64,000 bases of DNA from Burkholderiales bacterium (GCA_018061465.1 JAGOUD010000001.1:15826-79825); one strand, 5' to 3'. Counted from the first letter of the stretch, positions 39,626-49,482 are shown. Notes: generated by a model not told the origin, from the sequence alone. Numbers and translations are program-made.

Positions 39626-40408
39626 TTATAGTTTGCTGTATCTATCCACATGGCTATTCATTTCATATAAAGATCTGCGATTTTTGGGGTTAGGCTCTGA
39701 TAGCCATATCTGATAATTTTTTTCGAGAAAACGCCATTTTGTATCAATTATCCCATACCAAGCAGTATCTCGATTTTTACCTTTTACGATCATATGCTTA
39801 TAAAATAATCCTTCAAATTCAAAACCTAAACGTATGGCAGCTTTCTTAGATTCCAAATTATTGTTATTGCAGCGCCACACAATTTTACGAAAATCTAATT
39901 GATTAATACAATATGTTATTAATAGGTAAACAGCCTCAGTATTTGCTTCAGATTTTTGATATTTAATAGGATAGGTTACACTAGCTATTTCTATGTTGCC
40001 CATTTCAGGTTTACATTCTGAAAGGCATACAATACCGATAGGTGCATTAGTTTTCCTATCTTTGACACAAAATACTAATTTGTCTTTTGTATTGATGTAT
40101 TTCTGATAATGTACTTGCATTGATTCAATATTTTCAAATGGTCCGTATGGTAAATATTCCCAAACTTTTTCTAATTCCAATGAACCATGTGTTAATTGAT
40201 ACAGTGGGGCAATATCAGACATTTTTAGTTTGTCAAGGATAATATAATTGCCCCTAAGTAACTGGTAAGTTGGTGCTCTGGCTGGTTGTATTTCTAAAGT
40301 TACTACAGGATCATTACTTGTTTTTGCCTCATGATACTTCAGATTATTGTGTTGGGAAAAAACTTTGTTAAAAGTGCTTATCATAATATCTTCTATAAAA
40401 CTTTTCAT
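39626..40408 (-). CDS. GNAT N-acetyltransferase (RimJ/RimL/YdaF-like), in the biosynthetic operon
   Basis: WEYLPYGPF, GNIEIASV, EANTEAVYLL, FRKIVWRCNNNNLESKKAAIRLGFEFEGLF, GKNRDTAWYGII. Confidence 0.9.
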   Translation of the reverse strand: MKSFIEDIMISTFNKVFSQHNNLKYHEAKTSNDPVVTLEIQPARAPTYQLLRGNYIILDKLKMSDIAPLYQLTHGSLELEKVWEYLPYGPFENIESMQVHYQKYINTKDKLVFCVKDRKTNAPIGIVCLSECKPEMGNIEIASVTYPIKYQKSEANTEAVYLLITYCINQLDFRKIVWRCNNNNLESKKAAIRLGFEFEGLFYKHMIVKGKNRDTAWYGIIDTKWRFLEKNYQIWLSEPNPKNRRSLYEMNSHVDRYSKL

Positions 40409-40989
40409 ATTACATAAAAGAAAACAACATATCCTGTTTTATTGCATAACTAGCTGCAGTATCAAAGACCAACACCACAATTTCATAAAACTTCTCTAAA
40501 CTAACATTTATTATTCTCGTCATAATTTTAAGCCCCTTTTAAATATATTTAGCTGTTTATACCTATATTTTTTAATTGAAATAGGTTTGTGCTTGTCATT
40601 AGAGCTGCATACAATATAACATATAATCAAACTCAATGCCACCCAATGAATGCAAATTTGTAGCCTATCTAATTTATTGAATTTAGTTTCTTCAAATTTA
40701 AAACATCTGCTTTTCATAGAAAGAAATAATCTTTCACTTTGTCACCTGAGCCGATACAATTTTAAGATAACCTCTAACTCTAAATTATTGCTAGCTACAA
40801 TAACAAATTATTTTTCTTCACTTAAGGTTGCTTCTAATATTAAATAAACACTCCGCAAGCACAGCAGGGTTTAAATCTAATATTAATCGTGGTAAGACGC
40901 GAAGAATTAACCTAATATTGGATTAAAGTTACTTTTTATTTTTACTAATCTATAAGCTAGATAATTGGTACCCTATTAGAATGAAAATC

Positions 40990-42285
40990 CTAAGAAACAT
41001 AATTATTATTAAACATCAGATTATCTAAATCTACATTGTATATATTTTTTTTAAGTATACTATTAATGATTACAGCATTTCTCCAAGCAGCTAAACTTAA
41101 ATTAGGATCAGAAATTCCAAATTGATGTTTAAGTCCATTCTGGATAAATATTTTGTTTTTAGAATTATTCCAATTAATAGAATAGTCTGGATTAATTTCT
41201 AAATCTTCTATGCTGGTAATACCAGGGAATAAATTATTCATAAAATAAGGAACTTCATACTTATATCCTGTCGCTAGTATAGTTATATCAAAATGTTTTG
41301 TTAGTACCTTTTGGTTATCTAGATTAGTTATATGTAAACAATGTGGATCATTTTGGGTTATAGCGGTTACTAAGTGGTGTGGTAATAAAGAAAAAATTAT
41401 AGGCATTTTCTTAACATGCCGTAATTCATATATCTTATTATATAATGAGTCAGATAAATCTTCAGAAATTCCATCACTACATAATATCAAATCGTTAAGC
41501 TTTTTTAGCCTAGCATCATACGGTAGTTTATAAAAATATTTTATATGCCAAGGACTATATAATTCATTGCTAAAACAACTATTTTCTAATGGCTGAAAAT
41601 TAGGTCTGTCAGAAATCCATACAATTTCTGCTGGTAATTCCGAAGAAGATATTATATCATCTATAACTTCAGCCCCACTTTGCCCACCGCCTATAATTGC
41701 AATTTTTTTTTCAGAAAAGTTTAGCTTAGCCTTAGCTGTTTTATATGTTGAATTATGAAATATCGAGTTACATATAGACTTTTTAAAGTTATTGGGAATA
41801 TTTGGTACCAAACCTGTTCCAATAATGATATTATTTGTTGAATAAGTATAAGTTTCAGTTTGTACTATAAATTTTTTATTTTCGAAATGAATTGATTGCA
41901 CACAGCTATTATAGCAAACATTTTTTATTTTACTGGCTGCCCATTGGAAATATTCATTAAATTCAGCTCTAGATACTGTTTGTTGTTTCCTGTGCATAAA
42001 CTGAAAGATCCTTCCAGTTTCCACCAAATATGCTAAAAAAGATAATTTATTAGTTGGATCAACCAGTGTAACTAGATCTTTTAGATAATGTACTTGTAAT
42101 TTAGAGTTATGTAATATCATATCTTCGTGCCATGAGAAAGAGGGTTTTTTATCCACAAATAAACACTTAATTCCTTTTATCTCATTTATTAAGGCAGCTA
42201 ATCCAAGATTAAATGCCCCAAACCCAACACCAAGTAAATTGAAGGGGTTACTGTTTTTTGCTTTATATTCAGTTAATTTAGCCAT
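40990..42285 (-). CDS. Lysine/ornithine N-hydroxylase (IucD/SidA family, FAD/NADPH)
   Basis: GVGFGAFNLGLA, FSWHEDM, LKDLVTLVDPTNKLSFLAYL, SRAEFNEY, IIGGGQSGAEV, ILATGY, PNLSLAAWR. Confidence 0.92.
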   Translation of the reverse strand: MAKLTEYKAKNSNPFNLLGVGFGAFNLGLAALINEIKGIKCLFVDKKPSFSWHEDMILHNSKLQVHYLKDLVTLVDPTNKLSFLAYLVETGRIFQFMHRKQQTVSRAEFNEYFQWAASKIKNVCYNSCVQSIHFENKKFIVQTETYTYSTNNIIIGTGLVPNIPNNFKKSICNSIFHNSTYKTAKAKLNFSEKKIAIIGGGQSGAEVIDDIISSSELPAEIVWISDRPNFQPLENSCFSNELYSPWHIKYFYKLPYDARLKKLNDLILCSDGISEDLSDSLYNKIYELRHVKKMPIIFSLLPHHLVTAITQNDPHCLHITNLDNQKVLTKHFDITILATGYKYEVPYFMNNLFPGITSIEDLEINPDYSINWNNSKNKIFIQNGLKHQFGISDPNLSLAAWRNAVIINSILKKNIYNVDLDNLMFNNNYVS

Positions 42286-42588
42286 AGAAATAAAAATATC
42301 AACTCAAAAAATCATTTATTAATTAACCCACCTTTAATCTCTATCAAATATGGGAGGATTATTCAATAAGCGTATATTACCACAATTTAATTGATTAATG
42401 GCAAAAATTTTTATAAAAATATCATGACCCCGCAGTCAGTATATAATAAAAAAATTCCTATATGCATATATATAATGTACAATCAGTACATCGTTGTCTT
42501 ACCTTCTGTTACAAGTAGTAACGATAATAAGTAGTTATTATTGATGTCGGTGGACTAAATTAACCGATTAGTGTTTTAAAATACTTTC

Positions 42589-43755
42589 TTGAAAATATTT
42601 ACCATTGAAATTAGAAAAATGAAAACTATTTATGAGAATTGTTCTCCGCGTAATAATGGATTAGATTCTTTAAGAGCATTAGCTATAATTACTGTTTTTC
42701 TACATAATTTCTATTATGCTAATCCTAGTCTTAACTTTGGGATAATTACTTCCATCGGATGGGTGGGGGTAGACTTATTTTTTACTCTTAGCGGTTATTT
42801 AATAGGAAACCAACTATTTAAATATCTTCTTATAAAAAAAAGTATTCCTATAGCCATTTTCCTAATAAGGAGGATATTACGCACAGTTCCTAACTACTTA
42901 ATAATTGTTTTAGGATACATATTTTTTACCTCCTTAAGAGATAATCCTACTCTACCGCCTTTATGGCAACTATTAACGTTTACTACTAATTTAAATCTCA
43001 AAAGTGGCACTAGTTTATCATACACTTGGTCTTTATGTGTTGAAGAACAATTCTATTTAAGTTTACCTTTTATAGTTTTAATTTTATTTCGCTTAAAATC
43101 ATCCTTAGCAATGTTAGGTGGTCTACTATGTATAATAGGTGGAGGAATTTATCTTCGTGAGTATTTATGGAACATATATATTGGATATAACTTAGCTTCA
43201 AAAGCTTTAACTTCCCAGCAAATACTAAGTTATAAAACTCATATATATTTTTTTACATTATGCCGTTTAGACGAATTAATAATAGGAGTAATTATAGCTT
43301 TTATTAAAAATTTTCATAACAATATATGGGCAGTTTTAACTAAATATGGGAATTTTATGGCTTATTTAGGTATACTAAGTACAGGTGCTACCTTGTATAT
43401 TATTCTCAACTACCCCTATTTTCTATATACGATCATGTTTGAATATTTATTATTAGGGATAAGTTTTGGATTATTAATAATCTCATGCTTAAGCCCTAAC
43501 TCTATTTTATATAGCATGAAAATACCTTTTGTACATTCTATAGCATTAATTTCATATGCAATATATTTAATTGAAAAGCCCTGCAATAAAATTATCATGG
43601 GATTTATAAGGCAATATGATATAACTACCAATAATTGGGTATCTTTTATAATCTGTACCTGTAGCTCTTTATTTGTTGCTTACTTACTCTATATGACTAT
43701 TGAAGTAAATTTTTTAAAATTACGCGATAAAAAAATTTTATTCGAAAAACCTTAA
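42589..43755 (+). CDS. Acyltransferase-3 (OafA-like) integral membrane acyltransferase
   Basis: GLDSLRALAI, GWVGVDLFFTLSGYLI, RRILRTVPNY, WSLCVEEQFYL, ISYAIYL; start probably ATG at 42619. Confidence 0.9.
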   Translation: MKIFTIEIRKMKTIYENCSPRNNGLDSLRALAIITVFLHNFYYANPSLNFGIITSIGWVGVDLFFTLSGYLIGNQLFKYLLIKKSIPIAIFLIRRILRTVPNYLIIVLGYIFFTSLRDNPTLPPLWQLLTFTTNLNLKSGTSLSYTWSLCVEEQFYLSLPFIVLILFRLKSSLAMLGGLLCIIGGGIYLREYLWNIYIGYNLASKALTSQQILSYKTHIYFFTLCRLDELIIGVIIAFIKNFHNNIWAVLTKYGNFMAYLGILSTGATLYIILNYPYFLYTIMFEYLLLGISFGLLIISCLSPNSILYSMKIPFVHSIALISYAIYLIEKPCNKIIMGFIRQYDITTNNWVSFIICTCSSLFVAYLLYMTIEVNFLKLRDKKILFEKP

Positions 43756-43776
43756 ATACTATAAAAAGGAGATCAA

Positions 43777-44763
43777 ATGGGATATAATGCATTCACTAAA
43801 CTTGGACATTTACAACTAAATTCACCTATAATAATTGGGGCTAATGATCAACTAATTGATTTTAACAGTTTCGCCCTAATAGCCAAACATAGTAAACAAT
43901 TAGGAGCTTTTGTTACAAAATCCTGTACCTTAAAATCAAGAATAGGTAATCCTGAGCCAATAATTGCTTGTGTAGAAAATAATGTACTGGTATCTTCCGG
44001 GTTAAGAAATCCGGGAATAAACAAGATGCTTCCCGAAATCATCCAATATCAAGCTAAATATCCTTCATCTTTATTTCCACACTTAATTGTAAGCATTGCA
44101 TCAGATCCAGATAATCATTCTCTAACGCCTATGGATGAATACACTCAATTAGCTTGCCAATTATATGAAAATGGTATTACTAGTATCGAATTAAATCTAT
44201 CCTGTCCTAACTTAAATAAACATGAAATAATTGCCAATAACTCACAGAGTGTCTATGAGATTATTCATAGTATTAAACAGGCTTTTGCACGTAAAGGTTA
44301 TAATTTATATACTTTAATTGCCAAACTTGCTGGAAGTGAAGAAACTATATCCCAATCAGCACTAGCTGCAGTAGAAGCTGGAATTGATGCAATAACTATT
44401 TTGCCCCTCCTTCGAGCTACTGCTTTTTATACAGGGTTAACCTCCACTAATATAAATCATAAGAAAATAGGGACCCCATTATTAGGTAATATACATGGAA
44501 CTACTTACGGCAGCGGGCTGGGTCCCATTACTCGGCAATTAACCGTTAATTTAAGCAAGATCATTAAGGTACCTATTATTGCCTCAGGTGGTTGCTTATG
44601 CGGTATGAATAATACTATTATAGAAAAAACTGATGGTTTGATTCAAACTTTGCTAAGTGGAGCACAGTTTACTGCTGCAGTTAGCGCCTTTTTTCCCTTT
44701 ACTCCAGATAAATTGGAGGAAATCGACCTAATTATAGATAATTACCGCAAATTTACTTCGTAA
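43777..44763 (+). CDS. Dihydroorotate-dehydrogenase-like FMN oxidoreductase with divergent substrate site
   Basis: VTKSCT, GLRNPG, IELNLSCPN (class 1 catalytic Cys), AKL, IIASGG. Confidence 0.8.
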   Translation: MGYNAFTKLGHLQLNSPIIIGANDQLIDFNSFALIAKHSKQLGAFVTKSCTLKSRIGNPEPIIACVENNVLVSSGLRNPGINKMLPEIIQYQAKYPSSLFPHLIVSIASDPDNHSLTPMDEYTQLACQLYENGITSIELNLSCPNLNKHEIIANNSQSVYEIIHSIKQAFARKGYNLYTLIAKLAGSEETISQSALAAVEAGIDAITILPLLRATAFYTGLTSTNINHKKIGTPLLGNIHGTTYGSGLGPITRQLTVNLSKIIKVPIIASGGCLCGMNNTIIEKTDGLIQTLLSGAQFTAAVSAFFPFTPDKLEEIDLIIDNYRKFTS

Positions 44764-44852
44764 TTTTATAGCGATACTAACTTGTAAAGTTTATGTGATA
44801 GAGCAGCACCTACAAAAATATGCCGCTTTGGTATTCTAAACTAACTATTTTT

Positions 44853-45650
44853 TTACTGAAAACTATATGTTTCTTTAATTATAATATTGGCAAGCTCTTG
44901 TGGTTGCTCTAGTTGTACCATGTGCCCTGCATTACTAATACAATTAAAAGTAGAATTTATTATAGCAGAATGTAAGTATGTTGAGTGCCGTGGATTGACT
45001 AGTACATCATCATCTCCGGTAATAATTGAGGTATAACATTTTATTCTTACAAGTTCATTTTTTGCATCATGCTTCAAACAAGCATTTAACTGCCCAAACA
45101 TTCCTGCTAATGTTTGCGGGTTATTAATCATCCGTTGCATAGCAAGTTTTTGATTATCTTCTTGGCAAAGGAATCTATTGCTGAAAATAGTTGGGATTGT
45201 TGATAATGCTACAGCATGCTTATCTGCTCCAGATTTTAGTAATTCATATCTCCCAATTAAAAATAATCTGGCTACCGCATCAAGCTCTGCAAAAGAGGAA
45301 ATTAAAAATAAATGTTGTACTAAATCAGGGTGAGTAAGTACAATTTGTTGGGCAATAGCTCCACCCATAGAATGCCCAAGTAACCAAATCTTATTTATAT
45401 TTAATTTATTAATAATATGCATAACATGGGCGGCCATTTCTTCTGTAGTGTATGTCCCTATGGGCTGTAAACTTTTCCCTGCACCCAGATTATCTATTAA
45501 TAAGATTGAATAATCTTCCTGTGTTAATAAAGCTGAGCATAAGCTATTCCAGGTTTCACAACTGCCTGTATATCCTGCCAAAAAAACCAACCATGGTTGG
45601 TTATGGTTTTTAGAGGTATTATAAATTGTATAATACAAGTTATCGTTCAT
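44853..45650 (-). CDS. Alpha/beta hydrolase
   Basis: DNLGAGKS, nucleophile GHSMGG, ITGDDDVLV, AGHMVQLEQP; 4-bp overlap with upstream ORF. Confidence 0.92.
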   Translation of the reverse strand: MNDNLYYTIYNTSKNHNQPWLVFLAGYTGSCETWNSLCSALLTQEDYSILLIDNLGAGKSLQPIGTYTTEEMAAHVMHIINKLNINKIWLLGHSMGGAIAQQIVLTHPDLVQHLFLISSFAELDAVARLFLIGRYELLKSGADKHAVALSTIPTIFSNRFLCQEDNQKLAMQRMINNPQTLAGMFGQLNACLKHDAKNELVRIKCYTSIITGDDDVLVNPRHSTYLHSAIINSTFNCISNAGHMVQLEQPQELANIIIKETYSFQ

Positions 45651-46174
45651 TTAACCAGCCTTAAAGTAGTATTTCGTAAAGGTGTATCAGAAGTATTAGC
45701 ATGATGACTACCGGGAATAGTGGGTTTTATTTTGCTTGTATTACTAAAAAACTCTGTTGCTATGCGTAAGCTCTTTTTATCTAAAAACATATAATCAATA
45801 TCAAATTTATCTTTATCCCATTCTTCAATAAGAAATGTTTTATTATTTTTTACTTTAATCACATTATTAAATGGCATAATCTCAGTTAAACAATAAATGT
45901 CATTATTTTCACTGGCTCTTAGCACTCCATAAGCGTGAAATACATAGCATACAGAGGGGAAATCTAATTTTTTTAGTAATTTGTCCTGATCAAGTAAATC
46001 CTCTAGAAAAATTTTATGTGGCTGATATTTACCAATTGGTGATACGAATACATAAGGGCGTTCTGATTTTTCGTCTTTAAATACTTCCATAGATTGTAGT
46101 CTAAGTTTTGGGCATGTTGTTGTGCTTAACCTTTTTAAAAAAGTAAAAAAGCGCAGAAATGTTTTTGTATTCAT
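45647..46174 (-). CDS. Hypothetical protein coupled to the VUT gene
   Basis: 175-aa ORF with 4-bp overlaps on both sides. Confidence 0.6.
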   Translation of the reverse strand: MNTKTFLRFFTFLKRLSTTTCPKLRLQSMEVFKDEKSERPYVFVSPIGKYQPHKIFLEDLLDQDKLLKKLDFPSVCYVFHAYGVLRASENNDIYCLTEIMPFNNVIKVKNNKTFLIEEWDKDKFDIDYMFLDKKSLRIATEFFSNTSKIKPTIPGSHHANTSDTPLRNTTLRLVK

Positions 46175-46896
46175 CTGTACACCCCTTTTAATTTTAGCCT
46201 ACTATTCTTTATAGCAAATGCTAATGTTTTATAATCTTGGTGAAAGTCAAACCCTTCAATTTGTTCATACTTCTTAATTTGATAAATTGCTATTTTTGCA
46301 ACTGGCCATAATAACAATGCCATAATTGATTTTATTAAAACTGTGTGCATAATTAATTGTAGCGTTTGATAAAAAGAATAATTATTGGTTAAGAAACTTA
46401 GAAGATAGCTTGAGGTAACAATTAATTCCGACACAAATTGAGCAAAAAATATCCGCAAAAAGGTGTATTTGCCATTTAAAATAACTTTGGTTTGTGGTAC
46501 AACACGGGCACTAAATAGATCACCAAGAAAAGTACCTAATAATGACCCTAGCGCTACTACCCAAGATATATCAATTAAATGTTGGTAAGAAAACTTTAAA
46601 TCTTGGTGCATAAAATCAGAATATGGGATTAATGATATTAATACTACAGTTACTAAATAAAATATATGTATAATGGTATTTATCCATACGGATTGTCTGG
46701 AATATTCATATCCATAGCACTCGCCAATAATTTCAACCAAATATAGGTCTATCGGGAACATAATTCCAGAAGCATTGACCGGCATATGTATAATGTCTAT
46801 TTGGCGTCTAGCATAAATAAAACACATTACTTGGCTTGCTATTAGGAATGCTATTAATAATGGATACAATTTAAAAGTATTGTTAGTATTATTCAT
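46171..46896 (-). CDS. VUT-family (YhhQ-like, queuosine precursor) transporter
   Basis: ASGIMFPIDLYLVEIIGECYGYEYSRQSVW, ALGSLLGTFLGD, RIFFAQFVSEL. Confidence 0.8.
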   Translation of the reverse strand: MNNTNNTFKLYPLLIAFLIASQVMCFIYARRQIDIIHMPVNASGIMFPIDLYLVEIIGECYGYEYSRQSVWINTIIHIFYLVTVVLISLIPYSDFMHQDLKFSYQHLIDISWVVALGSLLGTFLGDLFSARVVPQTKVILNGKYTFLRIFFAQFVSELIVTSSYLLSFLTNNYSFYQTLQLIMHTVLIKSIMALLLWPVAKIAIYQIKKYEQIEGFDFHQDYKTLAFAIKNSRLKLKGVYR

Positions 46897-46914
46897 TTAG
46901 CCTGCCTATTATTA

Positions 46915-47553
46915 TCAAATTAGGCTCTGGTTTAATATAAATTTAACAACCACCGCTATCGGTTTGACATATTCGAGCTGTTCGTGCATTGTGTTTTGAG
47001 TGTCCCCGTCGTTAAAATATACGATATTATCTTTAATGGTGTGAACTTGAATAAATTTATTTTGATTACAAATAGTTACTATAAATATGCCATCTTTATA
47101 AAATTTATTCGTAGGGTAACATATATGATTTACTAGAGCTTGTATGTTAAAATTTAATAATGGTTTTTCTATAGCAAAAGCATGCTCATGTATATAATGT
47201 TCACAAAAAACTTTATTTTGTAATTCAAATTCAGGTATTTTATCGTTTAAAAAATCTTCGATTTGCTCTAACTTAATTGTAGAGATATATTGGGGTAACC
47301 TGTTATAACTAATTAGGTCACCAGTGGTAATATTAAAAAAAGAAGCCAGCTTAATTAAAATACGTAGATTGGGCATATAGTTATTTTCTCGATTAACTAT
47401 CTTGCGCAAGCTAAAATAATCTACCTCAGCCATTTCTGCTAACTTCGGCAGCTTTATATCTAATAGCTTTATTTTTTGCTCAATATTAGTTGCAATATTA
47501 TCGAGCTCTTGATAATTAGTTTGTGTTGAATCTTCTGATTGTAATGCTGACAT
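46915..47553 (-). CDS. XRE-family HTH regulator with degenerate S24-like C-terminal domain
   Basis: IATNIEQKI...LPKLAEMAEVDYFSLRKIV...PNLRILIKLASFFNITTGDL. Confidence 0.8.
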   Translation of the reverse strand: MSALQSEDSTQTNYQELDNIATNIEQKIKLLDIKLPKLAEMAEVDYFSLRKIVNRENNYMPNLRILIKLASFFNITTGDLISYNRLPQYISTIKLEQIEDFLNDKIPEFELQNKVFCEHYIHEHAFAIEKPLLNFNIQALVNHICYPTNKFYKDGIFIVTICNQNKFIQVHTIKDNIVYFNDGDTQNTMHEQLEYVKPIAVVVKFILNQSLI

Positions 47554-47912
47554 AATTTACTTTTACTAAAAAATTTGATAATTATCAAAAATGTGTGTTA
47601 ATATCTATACCGCCCTGATTTTATCATATCTAAGTTTAAAAGCTGTTAATAATATAATTTTTATTTACAAATTAATATATGAACCAGAGCATTACAAAAT
47701 CATTAGTTAGACTGCTTCCTATAATAACAAACTTATAACAGGAAATTCATATATACAGAGTTAGTTAACAAATAAGTTTAATTGATATTATGTTTAAATG
47801 GTATTGATGAATTATATGAAATTAAATACATTATTTAGTTTTATCTATCGATTGATTAAATTTATGTTTATAAATATTTTTAAGATTGTGCAATAAATAA
47901 TATGGATAATTT

Positions 47913-48701
47913 ATGACTATAAATTTTTTAGAAGTTTTAAATTCTCAACAAAATAAATTTATTGATGATCAACAATACCTTTATGAATATGTACAATCAT
48001 TTTATAAGATTTACCGCACTGAAATTGCTTATGTAAAAAATTATAATCTTCAATACATTGCAGCAACCACAGGTTTCGCTAAATTAATGGGAGTTAATTT
48101 ACAAGAAATAATTTTATTGCAAGATAGCAATATGCCTTACCCCATTGATAATATTTCCAAGTCATATAATAAATATGATAAAGATATTTTGAAAATAAAA
48201 GCTGAGATGAGCTTTTTAGATATTAATGAGTATTCAACAGGTTTAAGCATATTTACTTTTTATAGGAAACCAATAATAAACATTTTTACCGGTAATACAC
48301 TTGGGATTTTATGTTATGGTGAAAAATATAAAGCTAATACTTTAACAAAATCTTTTTTAGATATGCATAGAAATAGCTGTGATAATAGATATGTTTTTAA
48401 CCATAAAAGCTTAACTTTGGGATTAAAACAAGTAGAAGTATTATTTTGTATCCTACTAGGTTTAAGAGAAGATAAAGCAATAGCTACTTTTATAAATAAT
48501 ATTAAAGGTTCAAATTACACAAAAGCTACTGTTAATAATGCAATACAAGAGCTTTTTAGAAAATTTAATGCTAATTCAAGAGACTGTTTATTACAAATAA
48601 TTGTTTTAGAAGATTATCCTATTATTATCCCTAAAACTTTAATTAAATGTGGGGTTTATCCTATTAATTGGGGAATTTGTTTCCAAAATTATAACCAATG
48701 A
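47913..48701 (+). CDS. PAS-like + LuxR-type HTH transcriptional regulator
   Basis: YVKNYNLQYIA...FAKLMG PAS-like start; LGLKQVEVLFCILLG...KAIA...TKATVNNAIQELFRKFNANSRDCL LuxR-like HTH. Confidence 0.75.
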   Translation: MTINFLEVLNSQQNKFIDDQQYLYEYVQSFYKIYRTEIAYVKNYNLQYIAATTGFAKLMGVNLQEIILLQDSNMPYPIDNISKSYNKYDKDILKIKAEMSFLDINEYSTGLSIFTFYRKPIINIFTGNTLGILCYGEKYKANTLTKSFLDMHRNSCDNRYVFNHKSLTLGLKQVEVLFCILLGLREDKAIATFINNIKGSNYTKATVNNAIQELFRKFNANSRDCLLQIIVLEDYPIIIPKTLIKCGVYPINWGICFQNYNQ

Positions 48702-49080
48702 AAGTCTTTGTTTTATATAAGAAAAGTTTTGGAAAGAATACTTATGATTAAAGATACGGGGTACCCATTATTTGTAAAATTAATATTTTGGCTAATTGGA
48801 ATTGGTCTGTTAAGTAAATTAGGATTTACGCCATTTATAAATTATATCTCCTACTTTATAGGTAAAATCATTGGAAATATTTTGTTTATCTTTAAAAATA
48901 TGTTTAATAAATTTTATAAAAAGTGTAGTCACCCTGATTAAGTTTATTAATTTTATTTAGAAATAACCAATTAAACTACATTTTTTACTTTTACTGTTAA
49001 TGTTGTTATTATTGTTATTATTGTTATATATGTTACAGTGCAATAAAAAATATATATAACAGATATTTAATAGGCATTTT

Positions 49081-49212
49081 TTATAGCAGAGTACTGTATG
49101 GCTTATAGCACAGTGTTGTAGCTATTATAGCAGAGTACTGTATGACTTATAGCACAGTGTTGTAGCTGTTATAGCAGAGTACTGTATGACTTATAGCATA
49201 GTACTGTAGATG
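49081..49212 (+). repeat. Iteron array: six tandem 22-bp units, alternating A/B
   Basis: A = TTATAGCAGAGTACTGTATGRC at 49081, 49125, 49169; B = TTATAGCACAGTGTTGTAGCTR at 49103, 49147; A-like TTATAGCATAGTACTGTA at 49191; preceded by AT-rich TGTTATTAT repeats near 49000. Confidence 0.9.
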
Positions 49213-49286
49213 CAATAATTATTGAAAATATGCATTAATTATTTTTTAATGATGAATAAATGAATAATTTCAATAAGTTATATTTT

Positions 49287-49482
49287 TTATAGCACAGTAC
49301 TGTATCTAAAATGAAATGTATAGTCCATTAAACATATTACATTAAATTATACCAGAGTACTGTATTTTTCATATATTTGAAGGTTTTTATGCTATAATCT
49401 TGACATTATTATAGCGCAGTACTGTATTCTTAGTTTTGTTATATTGTAAATGTATTTTTTAATTTTATAGCACAATACTGTA
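49287..49482 (+). repeat. Four dispersed 18-bp iterons in the rep promoter region
   Basis: TTATAGCACAGTACTGTA 49287, TTATACCAGAGTACTGTA 49347, TTATAGCGCAGTACTGTA 49409, TTATAGCACAATACTGTA 49465; TTGACA at 49400-49405 sits beside one copy. Confidence 0.85.

Noticed and set aside
40520-40847. Small ORFs in the 580-bp gap between hydroxylase and GNAT
   Set aside because: Overlapping opposite-strand 65-aa ORFs with non-ATG or weak starts and no motifs; probably spurious
42149-42157. Perfect DnaA box TTATCCACA
   Set aside because: Single copy inside the hydroxylase coding sequence, 7 kb from the iteron origin; likely chance in AT-rich DNA
39626-42285. Hydroxamate siderophore (aerobactin-like) pathway from IucD homologue plus acetyltransferase
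   Set aside because: No IucA/IucC synthetase, NRPS or TonB-dependent receptor; GNAT is RimJ/L-type, not IucB/AlcB; the cupin/MetRS-like gene explains the hydroxylase better
48708-48941. 77-aa hydrophobic ORF downstream of the PAS-LuxR gene
   Set aside because: TTG start, no recognisable motif, very AT-rich; may be real but cannot be supported
49287-49482. Regularly spaced 18-bp repeats with ~40-bp unique spacers look CRISPR-like
   Set aside because: Repeats are the same sequence as the tandem iterons at 49081-49212, vary between copies, are short, sit directly upstream of rep, and no cas genes are present
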